Shown piece after piece: positions 20,810 through 30,838 of a stretch of 64,000 nt of DNA. Under the pieces are notes generated by a model. The model was not told the origin of the DNA. It made no database searches and saw only the letters and a program-made list of their open reading frames with translations. The translations under genes and the position numbers were made by a program. Positions within the stretch are counted from its first letter, which is position 1. Each line of letters starts with the position of its first letter. This stretch comes from an uncultured Patescibacteria group bacterium. Its GTDB lineage: Bacteria > Patescibacteriota > Microgenomatia > UBA10105 > UBA927. Where the stretch lies: positions 1,089 through 65,088 of the forward strand of contig CAKZSU010000006.1 in NCBI GenBank assembly GCA_937921305.1. The letters run 5' to 3'.

Positions 20810-22031
20810 ACTGCTTGAATATACCCAATGCGATGAGATCCGCAATTACAGCGACATGACTATCATTAAAATATCTACTTGTGTACCAGAATGAAAACAA
20901 AATTATTGCAAATCCAAGAAAAAATTTTGCAATGGAAGGATTTTTACTGAAAAACCGCAAAACAACCATTGTGGTCACGCCTCCCACGAGAATCTGCCAT
21001 ACGATAAAAGGATAATATTCATGAATATCATTAATCAATCTAAATTGATACAGCATCATCGATAATCCATACCCGCTTATAGGATACCCTCGTTCTCCGC
21101 CAGAGCTTAAATACCGAATCGTACTATCAATGAACGCGTTTGCATCCCACACAAGAAAAGGACCAACAAACAATCCAATGGTAATGAGAAACACAATACC
21201 TGATCGAACAATCGTCTTCCGTTGTGGAGTCGTATAAAACATATATAGGAGAAACAGTGGAGCGGCAAACCACATTGTTTGTTTGCTTAAGAACGCAAAC
21301 GCAAACGATATAGACGCAAGATATGGTCGTTTCTGATTTAGGAACAATAAACTTGCGACAAGAAAAAATAATGCAAAACTGTCGCTTCTACCTTCAATGA
21401 AAAAGTGAACAGACGCTGGAGAAAGCGATGCAAATACGATGGCAAGTTCCGCAAGGTCAAATTTCTTAAATAACCGCAAAAACATCCACCATATGCCAAC
21501 CATAAATACAACAAGAACCATTCTTCCATCGAAATAACCAAATATCCTATTTGCTAGCCAATAAAACGGAAATGGAACAAGTAAATACGCCGGTGGCATA
21601 ACAAAGTGATAGAGAGCAGGATTCACCGCGTCTTGATTTCCCGGCTCATCGTAATTAAACAATTCCACAGGAGTGCCAAAATATGTTTCTTTATATGGAT
21701 TCTTTCCTTGAAGGAGATATCGCATCGCCGCCTCTTGTTGCAGCACGATATCATGAACTTTCCACGAAGGCGCTACCACGTGCCGTTCATAAATAGCTCC
21801 AGTCGTCGCTCCCAAAAAAACAATCCCGAGAGATACCCAAAAAGAAACCAATCGAGCCTTTTGAAAACGGTCGGTGTAAAAAAGGGATGTCAACGCAAGA
21901 GTCATGAACGAAACAAGAAGAATACCATACAACCAATATTGATTTCCTTCCGTTGGAAACAACTTGTATCGCGTTATGACAGGAATGCTAAAAGAAAAGA
22001 GCAATACAGCCGTCAATGTCCTAAAATTCAT
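20793..22031 (-). CDS. Polytopic membrane protein, orphan (GT-C-like?). First gene of the minus-strand block.
   Basis: 412 aa with about 10 TM helices and no DE or HDG motif. It begins MNFRTLTAVLLFSFSIPVITRYKLFPTEGNQYWLYG. Confidence 0.35.
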   Translation of the reverse strand: MNFRTLTAVLLFSFSIPVITRYKLFPTEGNQYWLYGILLVSFMTLALTSLFYTDRFQKARLVSFWVSLGIVFLGATTGAIYERHVVAPSWKVHDIVLQQEAAMRYLLQGKNPYKETYFGTPVELFNYDEPGNQDAVNPALYHFVMPPAYLLVPFPFYWLANRIFGYFDGRMVLVVFMVGIWWMFLRLFKKFDLAELAIVFASLSPASVHFFIEGRSDSFALFFLVASLLFLNQKRPYLASISFAFAFLSKQTMWFAAPLFLLYMFYTTPQRKTIVRSGIVFLITIGLFVGPFLVWDANAFIDSTIRYLSSGGERGYPISGYGLSMMLYQFRLINDIHEYYPFIVWQILVGGVTTMVVLRFFSKNPSIAKFFLGFAIILFSFWYTSRYFNDSHVAVIADLIALGIFKQYDDLL

Positions 22032-22064
22032 GAGGTTATTGTACTATAATGTGTCTCATACCGC
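22032..22064. promoter_or_regulatory. 33-bp divergent intergenic region with a TATAAT-like element. This is the strand-switch point of the locus.
   Basis: This is the only non-coding DNA between the start of 20793-22031 (-) and the start of 22065-23666 (+). The sequence aggttattgtactataatgtgtctcataccgc contains 'tactataat'. Confidence 0.4.
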
Positions 22065-23666
22065 ATGAAAAAAAGCCTTAATATTCTGATTATTCTTATT
22101 GTTCTTTCTTCGCTTCCGTTTATTCACATGTTTGTATCGCCTGACTTACCACACACAAGCGACGGAGAAGTGCAAATCCCTCGAATGGCTGCGTTTTATA
22201 AAGCGATTCGAGACGGACACATTCCTGTTCGATGGGCTGGAGATTTAAATTATGGCTATGGCATGCCGTTGTTTACTTTCATCTATCATACGCCGTTTTA
22301 TGTTTCTTCTTTTCTAATCGCTCTTGGCATCCCTCTTGTTTCTGTGTTTAAACTCACTCTTTATTTCAGTTTTCTATTATCTTGCATATTCATGTTTTTA
22401 TTCGCAAAGACATTTTTTAAGAGAGAGAAGATAGCATTCCTTGTCACGCTTCTATATCAATTCGCTCCGTATCATCTCGTTGATGTGCTAATCCGCGGAG
22501 CTATTGGAACAATCTATGTGTATGCTTTTTTCCCTCTTGTCCTCTGGGGATGTTTACGAGCGAACATTCCAATTGTCACAATTTCCCTCTCTCTTATGAT
22601 TCTTTCTCATAATTCTATGGCGCTTGTTTTCTTCTTTATTACTATTGGATTTCTCTTATTATTTGCTGAAAACAAACGAAAGGCGATTCTTGGCATATCT
22701 CTTGGGCTTGGTCTCGCTTCTTTTTATTGGATTCCAGCGCTTATTGAACATAAATATACCTATGGAGATCTCTTTATGAAGGATCTTTTTCGGGTGAACT
22801 TTCCTCAGTTTCATCACTTTTTCATTCCGAACCTATTTAACGATCCGCACCTTCGCGTTTCTGAGATTGTTGTTCACTGGGGAATAGCACACACACTTCT
22901 AACAGTTCTTGCTATCATCTTTTGGAGGTCATTGCCATCAACAATGAAAATTATGTCGATATTTTGTTATGCAATCATCATTATTTCAATTTTCTTCATG
23001 CATCCTCTATCAACGCCACTATGGGAACGCGTATCGTATCTTCGACAATTTCAATTTCCGTGGAGATTCTTGTCGGTCATCGTATTCGCCACAGCAATGC
23101 TCGGAGGAATAGTCATCCATCGATATTTACCAAGAAAACCATATCTTTTTATTATTCTCGCACTTATGATCGTGTTGCCGACAATGCACTATTGGAAACC
23201 AACACAAGGATATGATCAAATTCAAGATGAACAAGTATTTTGGAATTATCCATTGAATACCACATACTTTGGCGAAACAGATGTGATATGGTCAGCCGGA
23301 CCAGCAACTGCGTATCCTAAGTCCCGAGTACAAATCATAGAAGGAGAAGGAAGAATTCATAATTTCAGAAAAATAAATCACAAACAAACATTTTCTGTTA
23401 AATCGACAACAAGCGCTCGCATAGTCAGCCACACGCAGTACTTTCCCGGATGGAGAGTTTACATAAACGGTGAAAAAACCTCCATTCAATTTCAAGATCC
23501 GAATTGGCGAGGACTAATAACATTTTTTGTTCCTGAAGGAACACATGCTGTTCGCATACAATTTGAAGAAACTCCGATACGATTACTAGCAAATCTTATA
23601 TCTGTGGGATCCATAATTATATTGATAAGTTTTCTCATTAGAAAACATTTATGCAAACGCGCATAA
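22065..23666 (+). CDS. Family-B GT-C-like membrane protein
   Basis: TSDGEVQIPRMAAFYKAIRDGHIPVRWAGDLNYGYGMPLFTFIYHTPFY. The C-terminus has YFPGWRVYINGEKTSIQFQDPNWRGLITFFVPEGTHAVRIQFEET. Confidence 0.55.
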   Translation: MKKSLNILIILIVLSSLPFIHMFVSPDLPHTSDGEVQIPRMAAFYKAIRDGHIPVRWAGDLNYGYGMPLFTFIYHTPFYVSSFLIALGIPLVSVFKLTLYFSFLLSCIFMFLFAKTFFKREKIAFLVTLLYQFAPYHLVDVLIRGAIGTIYVYAFFPLVLWGCLRANIPIVTISLSLMILSHNSMALVFFFITIGFLLLFAENKRKAILGISLGLGLASFYWIPALIEHKYTYGDLFMKDLFRVNFPQFHHFFIPNLFNDPHLRVSEIVVHWGIAHTLLTVLAIIFWRSLPSTMKIMSIFCYAIIIISIFFMHPLSTPLWERVSYLRQFQFPWRFLSVIVFATAMLGGIVIHRYLPRKPYLFIILALMIVLPTMHYWKPTQGYDQIQDEQVFWNYPLNTTYFGETDVIWSAGPATAYPKSRVQIIEGEGRIHNFRKINHKQTFSVKSTTSARIVSHTQYFPGWRVYINGEKTSIQFQDPNWRGLITFFVPEGTHAVRIQFEETPIRLLANLISVGSIIILISFLIRKHLCKRA

Positions 23667-25864
23667 CAAAAATTTTTCCATTTCTCATTCTTGCTGGAAT
23701 AACCTGCGTATTTTTTTATAAAACATTGATCTTCCGACTTCTTCCTTTTCCCGGAGACCTTCTCGTCTCCGAGTATCAACCATGGAGATCATACTCATTT
23801 CTTGGATACAATCCAGGCAGTTACCCTAGCAAAAAACAATACTTTGATACAATCCGTCAGATCTACCCATGGAGAACATTTGTCAATCAAGAGTTAAAAC
23901 AAGGAAGAATTCCGCTGTGGAATCCTCATAATTTTTCAGGACATCCATTATTGGCAAATCTTCAATCTCAAGTTTTCTATCCTTTTACAGTTTTATACTT
24001 TATATTCTCTCAACCGATGGCATGGACCATCCTCGTCATGCTTCAACCATTCTTGGCAATGATTGGCATGTTTCTGTATCTTCGATCAATTCATCGATCA
24101 ATATACGCAAGTCTTATTTGCTCTCTTTCGTACGGATTCAGTCACTATATGACGGTGTTTCTTGAATACAATACGATTGGACATGTCATTCTTTGGATTC
24201 CTTTTATCCTTTATTCGATAGAAAAAATACATGAAACAAAAAAAACGATATTTAAGACGCTGCTTGTTTTTTCAATCGCGTCAAGCGCTGTTGCTGGACA
24301 TCTTCAAATATTTGGAGGAATCGCCATATTTGCAATCCTTTATGCTCTTGTAATAAAGAAACCCGTTGCGCTTGATATCATAATACTGCTCATTATTGGC
24401 ATGGGCATCGCTGGAATCCAACTCATTCCAACAATTGAATTGCTCTATCACTCAGCAAGGGTAAATCACCCATATGAAGACTTTGTCACAAGATTGCTGA
24501 TTCAACCGAAACAATTACTCACATTTATCAATCCAGATCTCTTTGGAAATCCAGCGACAGAGAATTATCTTCTTCACGATTCCTATCCGGGAAAAGCGTT
24601 GTTTGTTGGTTTCTTAATATTCTTTTTCAGTGTGTTAAGTTCTATAAGTAAAAAGAAAACACCATGGGAACGCTTTTTTCTTTTCCTCTCTATAATACTT
24701 CTATTTCTTTTAACAAGAAATCCGATCACGGAATTGCTTTATCGCGTTCCAATTCCGCTCGTATTACAGAGCGGTCCTGGAAATTTTATTATTTTTATTA
24801 CATTCACTCTTACGACTCTCGCCTCCTTTGGCATCGACAAATGGATGAAGCATGCTAAAACCAACATCGCCTATGGTATCATTCTCGGATTAATTAGTAT
24901 CATCTTTATAGGAGCGCTCACAAACAGCACCCCTCACATTCGATCAATGGTTATTTTTTCTCTTCTCTCCTTTTCTTTTCTTTCTATCCTTCTCTTCGTA
25001 TCAAAATTTATTAGAAAGAAAGTTTTACTATACGCTACTTTTCTATTCACCGCTTTTGAGCTCTTTTATTTCTTTCATAAATTCAATCCATTTGTTCCAG
25101 TATCGCTTATCTATCCCGAAACTCCACTTGTTTCATTTCTTAAACAACAACGATCAATTGGAAGACTTTATGGATACGGTCATGGTGCGATCGAAGCAAA
25201 TTTCGCAACACAACTTGGATTATATGATCCAAACGGATATGACCCGCTATATCCAAAATCATACGGCATATTTATTTATGGAGAAAAAAACAAACCATTT
25301 GCGTTTAATCAATCAACACGATCAGACGCGACAATCATTCCGGGATTTGGCGATGAGCCTTTTGACAGCAATAAAAAAAGAAAAGAGCTTATTGACGGGC
25401 TAGGTGTAGAATATATCATTAGCGGAAAAGAAAATAATGCGACAGAAAGAACATTTCCTCCATCAGAATATCCAATTGTGTATCAGGATGATGTATTTAT
25501 TGTTTACAAAAATATGACCGCTCAACCAAGACTGTCATTTTCATCGCCAGACAATCAAGGAACAACGAATATCCTTTTATACAAATCAACAGTTGTTGAA
25601 CTAGAAGTTTCATCACCAATTCGTCAACATCTCATCCTGTCAGACACCTATATGCCGGGATGGAAAGCCTTTGTTAATGGGGAAAAAGTTCCATTTGTTC
25701 AATCCTCGCATCCATTTCGAGAAATTGAAATTCCAGAAGGCAAACATATTGTAAAATTTGAATACGCCCCATTATCATTTATCGTTGGAATTGGAATCTC
25801 ATCCGCAAGCATTACTTTTTTTATTTTTTTCATTAATTCCAAAAAGAGAAAGATTGTTTCATAA
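23651..25864 (+). CDS. YfhO-family membrane glycosyltransferase-like protein
   Basis: 737 aa. ...IPLWNPHNFSGHPLLANLQSQVFYPF... in the N-terminal region, about 13 TM helices, then a soluble C-terminal domain ending DTYMPGWKAFVNGEKVPFVQSSHPFREIEIPEGKHIVKFEYAP, as in B. subtilis YfhO-type proteins. Confidence 0.6.
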   Translation: MQTRITKIFPFLILAGITCVFFYKTLIFRLLPFPGDLLVSEYQPWRSYSFLGYNPGSYPSKKQYFDTIRQIYPWRTFVNQELKQGRIPLWNPHNFSGHPLLANLQSQVFYPFTVLYFIFSQPMAWTILVMLQPFLAMIGMFLYLRSIHRSIYASLICSLSYGFSHYMTVFLEYNTIGHVILWIPFILYSIEKIHETKKTIFKTLLVFSIASSAVAGHLQIFGGIAIFAILYALVIKKPVALDIIILLIIGMGIAGIQLIPTIELLYHSARVNHPYEDFVTRLLIQPKQLLTFINPDLFGNPATENYLLHDSYPGKALFVGFLIFFFSVLSSISKKKTPWERFFLFLSIILLFLLTRNPITELLYRVPIPLVLQSGPGNFIIFITFTLTTLASFGIDKWMKHAKTNIAYGIILGLISIIFIGALTNSTPHIRSMVIFSLLSFSFLSILLFVSKFIRKKVLLYATFLFTAFELFYFFHKFNPFVPVSLIYPETPLVSFLKQQRSIGRLYGYGHGAIEANFATQLGLYDPNGYDPLYPKSYGIFIYGEKNKPFAFNQSTRSDATIIPGFGDEPFDSNKKRKELIDGLGVEYIISGKENNATERTFPPSEYPIVYQDDVFIVYKNMTAQPRLSFSSPDNQGTTNILLYKSTVVELEVSSPIRQHLILSDTYMPGWKAFVNGEKVPFVQSSHPFREIEIPEGKHIVKFEYAPLSFIVGIGISSASITFFIFFINSKKRKIVS

Positions 25865-25870
25865 AAAACT

Positions 25871-27550
25871 ATGAAATATAAATATAATATTATTCTCTTC
25901 CTGATTATCCTTTTTGGTTCATTTATACGATTGTATCGAATTGATAGCATTCCTAATGGTCTTCAACAAGACGAGCTTTCTATTGGTTATAACGCATACT
26001 CTATTCTCAAAACTGGGAAAGACGAACATGGAAAAATCATGCCACTCCAATTCATTGCGTTCGGCGAATATAAACTGCCAGTATCCATCTACGCAACTGT
26101 ACCATTTATTTATATATTTGGTTTAAACGAAATAGCAGTTCGTCTTCCATTTGGGATATTCGGCATCGCCACTATCATTGTTTTTACTCTAATCATTAGA
26201 GATGTATTTTTAGAGAATCACAATAGAAATATAGCAATGATCATCGGCGCGTTTCTTCTTGCAACAAATCCATGGCATATATTCTTCTCTCGAGCCGCTT
26301 TTGAAGTAACTATCGCGCTGTTTTTTCTTTCTCTTTGTCTTTTATTATTGTTTTTCTATCTTCGAAAAAAACAGAATATTATTCTTTACGCTTCAATCGT
26401 CTCAGGAATGTTTGCTTTTTATACCTATAACACCATGCGATTAATCATTCCGCTGTTATTGATCTCATTGCTTTACACCATAAGAAACAATAAAAAACAC
26501 GTGTGGATGTCAATAATTATCATTTTCCTTTTTGCTATCCCATTTTTAGTGACAATATCAGATTCAACATCCGCAGTTTCCGGAACGCTTATTCACTCAA
26601 GCGCGAGAATTCAAGCTGAATTAATTGAGACGCGAAGTTATATGGTAAACATTCATCCATTCATTCAAAAAATATTTTTTTCTATACCACTGCAAACTGT
26701 CGTTGTTTTTATAAAAAACATCCTAAACAATATAAACGCTTCGTTTTATCTCCTCCATGGTCCTTTTCATGGAAATCATGGCATAGGGACGCACGGATTA
26801 TTTTTCATCTATCAATTACCACTATTTCTCATAGGTATCGTTTTTTACTTAAAGAATAAAACCATACAAACAACTCTTTTGCTTCTTGTCATGTTTTTCA
26901 CAATTATTGCAACCGCCATAACAAGAGAAAGTCCGTACGGCACAAGAAGTTTTTTCATGGTGCCAGCAATTCTTGTTATAACAACCATAGGGGTCTTACA
27001 TGTTTGGAGATGGATGGTAAAAAGAAACGTTACTATGAAATGCTTCATAATCGGAACAGTTTCTTTCTCAATCCTATATGAAGGAACTACCTATGCACTA
27101 AGCTATGCACAACGATTCCCGCAAGCATATGCAAAAGAATGGAGGTCTGCAGATAAAGCATTAATTGCGTACCTTCAAGAAAAAAACGATGAATACGATC
27201 GAATTGTCATCGACCCAGAAGCAAATCTTCTTTATATTTCATACTTATTCTATTCAAAAATAGATCCGAATGAATTCATTAATTCTGTCGAAAAAGAGAA
27301 ACCAGACAATGAGGGATTCATAAATGTAAAAAAATTTATCAATGTGGAATATCGATCGATTCATTGGGAGGAAGATCTAAAGAAGAAACGCACAATTTTT
27401 ATAACTCGACCAGAAAAAAAACCAGAGACAGCGCAAAAATTTAAAACTTTTTATTATCCAAAAAGACCTGTTGCCATAGCAAAAAAACAAGAAATTATTC
27501 AATATCCTTTTCAGGATATCGCGTATGTTGTCATATCATCGCTTGAATAA
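25871..27550 (+). CDS. Family-A GT-C glycosyltransferase (PMT/ArnT-like)
   Basis: QQDELSIGYNAYSILKTGKDEHGKIMPLQFIAFGEYKLP. Confidence 0.6.
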   Translation: MKYKYNIILFLIILFGSFIRLYRIDSIPNGLQQDELSIGYNAYSILKTGKDEHGKIMPLQFIAFGEYKLPVSIYATVPFIYIFGLNEIAVRLPFGIFGIATIIVFTLIIRDVFLENHNRNIAMIIGAFLLATNPWHIFFSRAAFEVTIALFFLSLCLLLLFFYLRKKQNIILYASIVSGMFAFYTYNTMRLIIPLLLISLLYTIRNNKKHVWMSIIIIFLFAIPFLVTISDSTSAVSGTLIHSSARIQAELIETRSYMVNIHPFIQKIFFSIPLQTVVVFIKNILNNINASFYLLHGPFHGNHGIGTHGLFFIYQLPLFLIGIVFYLKNKTIQTTLLLLVMFFTIIATAITRESPYGTRSFFMVPAILVITTIGVLHVWRWMVKRNVTMKCFIIGTVSFSILYEGTTYALSYAQRFPQAYAKEWRSADKALIAYLQEKNDEYDRIVIDPEANLLYISYLFYSKIDPNEFINSVEKEKPDNEGFINVKKFINVEYRSIHWEEDLKKKRTIFITRPEKKPETAQKFKTFYYPKRPVAIAKKQEIIQYPFQDIAYVVISSLE

Positions 27551-29153
27551 ATCTCTCTTGATCATTCTCTTTCTCTTTTTTGTTCATCTTGTCTTTCTTC
27601 ATCATTTTTTTAGACAAGGAGTTCCAGAAACACATGATGGAGATCTTCATATGGCAAGATTTGCCACATATAAAAAAGCGTTTATCGATTTTCATATTCC
27701 TCCGCGATGGGCTAAAGATTTAAATTATACTTATGGTTTGCCGGAACTTAATTTCTTCTATCCCGTATCAGGGTATATCGCTACAATGCTTTCATTATTA
27801 GGAGTATCATATGAAGTGATTTTTAAACTCCTTCTAAGCATCTCTTTTCTTATAGCGCCAATAGGTATGTTTTTTTTCCTGTCATTGTTAAGTTCTCGAA
27901 TCAACGCAATTCTTGGAGCGTTTCTCTTTGGATTAGCACCATACCAATTTCTAAACATGTATGTTCGAGGAGCATTGGGAGAAATACTTTCGATTTCGAT
28001 TGTTCCGTTTGCTTTATATTTCTTAACCATGGGAATTCAAAAGAAAGCATTACATTTATTTATTCTTGGAGGTATTATATCTTCTCTTATTATTCTGACG
28101 CACCATGGCGTAGGACTCATGACATTTCCATTTTTTATAGCATTTTTATGCTTCATGATATGGAAATATAAAACGCCTTTTAGTTATATGTTAATGTATT
28201 TTATTCTTACTCTTGGAATCTCAGCGTTCTTCTGGATTCCGGCATTTTTTGAATCGAAATATACACATGCAGCTCTTTTCTTTGGAAATATATATAAAGA
28301 ACATTTTATCTCTCCGCTTGAAATGATTCTAAAATCATGGGGATTTGCTCCAAATCCGAATGAACCAGATGGACAATCGCCTCAAATAGGATTAGTTGGA
28401 GCTATTATTTTAATAATAAGCATAGTTTCTCTAATAAAGAGAAAACAATTATGTTCGCTAACACTATTAATAGTATTGACTTTGTTTATCTGTTATTTTC
28501 TACCTCTCTCTATTTCAAGTCCAGTATGGGAAAACATTAAAATATTAAAACTCTATCAATTTCCATGGAGATTTATAGGATTGGCAAGCATACTGTTGCC
28601 AATATTCGTTAGCTTATCAAATATCACAAAGAAACCAATAATTTTATTTTTTCTTATCTTATCACTCGTGGCACAAGCATTCTTGTATATTCCACAAAAG
28701 AATATTATTCACAGAGAAAATAATTGGTATGAAAATTTTCAGTCGACAACAGCTGTTCATGGAGAATCGACACCAATATGGACAGATGGATTAAAGTCAT
28801 CCTATCCAAAACAATATATAGAAATCATTGAAGGAGTCGCTTCAGGAGAGCTTACTCAAAGGAAAACGCAACAGATTGAAACAATCATAAACGCGCAAAC
28901 CGATGCGAATATTCGCTTCAACACATTATACTATCCCGGATGGAAAGCATACATAAATAATCAAGAAACACCAATAGAATTTCAAGATCCAAATCATAAA
29001 GGCATCATTACGGTTAGAGTTCCGAAGGGTCTCCATACCGTTGTTCTTCAATTTGAAGAAACAAAACTCCGAATGGTAGCAAATATAATAACAATTGGCA
29101 GTGTCATGTTTGCGATAGGTTCTTTCCTATGGATAAGAAAACGTTATTCATGA
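27525..29153 (+). CDS. Family-B GT-C-like membrane protein
   Basis: THDGDLHMARFATYKKAFIDFHIPPRWAKDLNYTYGLPELNFFYPVSGY. The C-terminus has LYYPGWKAYINNQETPIEFQDPNHKGIITVRVPKGLHTVVLQFEET. Confidence 0.55.
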   Translation: MLSYHRLNKSLLIILFLFFVHLVFLHHFFRQGVPETHDGDLHMARFATYKKAFIDFHIPPRWAKDLNYTYGLPELNFFYPVSGYIATMLSLLGVSYEVIFKLLLSISFLIAPIGMFFFLSLLSSRINAILGAFLFGLAPYQFLNMYVRGALGEILSISIVPFALYFLTMGIQKKALHLFILGGIISSLIILTHHGVGLMTFPFFIAFLCFMIWKYKTPFSYMLMYFILTLGISAFFWIPAFFESKYTHAALFFGNIYKEHFISPLEMILKSWGFAPNPNEPDGQSPQIGLVGAIILIISIVSLIKRKQLCSLTLLIVLTLFICYFLPLSISSPVWENIKILKLYQFPWRFIGLASILLPIFVSLSNITKKPIILFFLILSLVAQAFLYIPQKNIIHRENNWYENFQSTTAVHGESTPIWTDGLKSSYPKQYIEIIEGVASGELTQRKTQQIETIINAQTDANIRFNTLYYPGWKAYINNQETPIEFQDPNHKGIITVRVPKGLHTVVLQFEETKLRMVANIITIGSVMFAIGSFLWIRKRYS

Positions 29154-30838
29154 TTGTCATCATTACTTGTTTTGGAGCCTTACTGCGATTCTATAAGCTT
29201 GGAATCGTTCCTGACGGTTTTCATAGGGACGAAGCGTTTCTTGGCTATAACGCATATTCGTTATTAAAAACAGGAAAAGATATGTCTGGAAAACTCCTCC
29301 CCTTACATTTCGAATCATTTATTTATAGTCCAGGAGGATATAGCTACGCTAGCATACCATTTATCGCGATCTTTAGACTTGATGAATTTTCTACTCGATT
29401 CGCGTCGGCGTTTTTTGGAACACTGACAATTCCGTTATTATTTCTCTTAGCGTACAAACTATTTCCAAAAACACCACGTATTGGAATTCTGGGATCCTTT
29501 ATTCTCGTCATAACTCCTTGGCACATTAATCTTTCAAGAACCGCCACAGAAAACATTCTTGTTACATTTTTTCTTTTGCTCGGAATATATTTTTTATTTG
29601 TATGGAAAGACCATCAAAACAAACTTCTATTTCTTTTGCTTGGATTTATCTCAATCTCTCTTACGCTCGTTATATATCAAGCGCCAAGAGCATTTCTTCC
29701 TATGTTTATTCCATTTATGTTTAGTATCTTGTTCTTCGATAAAAAACGTTCTATATTTCTTCCATTAGTTTTGTATAGTATTTTCATACTTCTTCCTGTT
29801 GGATTAGTTTTAAGCAACTCTCATCTCTCAACAAGAATGAAAACTGTTAGTATTTGGAGCACAGAAAAAACATCGCTTATAATTCAAGAACAAATAAGAG
29901 AAGATGGCGTAAGAAATATTCATCCTCTTGTTTCTAGAATAACCCACAATAAAATTATCGGATATACGGAAGAATTTTTAAGAAATTACTTTCTTCATTT
30001 CTCCTACGATTTTCTCTTTACTGACAGAGGAATGCCAGACAGATATAGAATCCCGCATGCCGGACTTCTGTATATATCCATGATTCCTCTCGTGCTTTCA
30101 GGAATTTATTACCTCATGACGGAGAAAAAAAGGATCGGATGGTTTCTGATCGGCTGGATAAGTATCGGCATTATTGGAAGCGCATTAACATTTGATGATA
30201 TTCCAAATCTGCAACGAACCGTTTTTATCGTTCCAGCGGTTTCTCTAATCATAAGCGTTGGAACATATTCATTACTTGGCATACGATCAAACATTCTTAG
30301 AATTGCCACAACGGGGATCTTTCTTTTCGCTTTCTTTTTTGAAGGATATCGCTATCTTCATCATTATTATGTCCAACAAATCGTTCATCGTCCATGGTAT
30401 AGACAGGAAGGATACCGAGAATTAGTTCAATTCATTCAGAAAATTGAACATAAATACAACAATATCGTTATTACAAATAGAGAATCGGCGCCGACTATCT
30501 TTTTTCTCTTTTATACAAAATACGATCCAAAGCAATTTCAAGAAGAAACAAAATATTCCACATTTAGAGATTTTGATAGAATATCATTTTATAAATATAT
30601 TTTTTCAGAAGAAGAATGCCCATTGAAAGAAGTGTCCTATCAAAGCGAGAAGAATCCGAACATCATAGTAACGAATTGCTATGGAGAAAAAAATTCGCTT
30701 TATGTAAATTCTGGTCTGTGCAAAGAACCAAAAGTGTGTGCCAATATACTCCGCACTGTTCGAAGAAATGATGGAACGAATGCATTTTTTATCTTAGAAC
30801 CAACAGGTGTTACTTCTACTTCAACGTCTCTTCAATAA
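29129..30838 (+). CDS. Family-A GT-C glycosyltransferase (PMT/ArnT-like)
   Basis: HRDEAFLGYNAYSLLKTGKDMSGKLLPLHFESF. This is the last gene of the plus-strand block. It overlaps the convergent GT2 gene by 18 bp. Confidence 0.55.
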   Translation: MDKKTLFMIVIITCFGALLRFYKLGIVPDGFHRDEAFLGYNAYSLLKTGKDMSGKLLPLHFESFIYSPGGYSYASIPFIAIFRLDEFSTRFASAFFGTLTIPLLFLLAYKLFPKTPRIGILGSFILVITPWHINLSRTATENILVTFFLLLGIYFLFVWKDHQNKLLFLLLGFISISLTLVIYQAPRAFLPMFIPFMFSILFFDKKRSIFLPLVLYSIFILLPVGLVLSNSHLSTRMKTVSIWSTEKTSLIIQEQIREDGVRNIHPLVSRITHNKIIGYTEEFLRNYFLHFSYDFLFTDRGMPDRYRIPHAGLLYISMIPLVLSGIYYLMTEKKRIGWFLIGWISIGIIGSALTFDDIPNLQRTVFIVPAVSLIISVGTYSLLGIRSNILRIATTGIFLFAFFFEGYRYLHHYYVQQIVHRPWYRQEGYRELVQFIQKIEHKYNNIVITNRESAPTIFFLFYTKYDPKQFQEETKYSTFRDFDRISFYKYIFSEEECPLKEVSYQSEKNPNIIVTNCYGEKNSLYVNSGLCKEPKVCANILRTVRRNDGTNAFFILEPTGVTSTSTSLQ

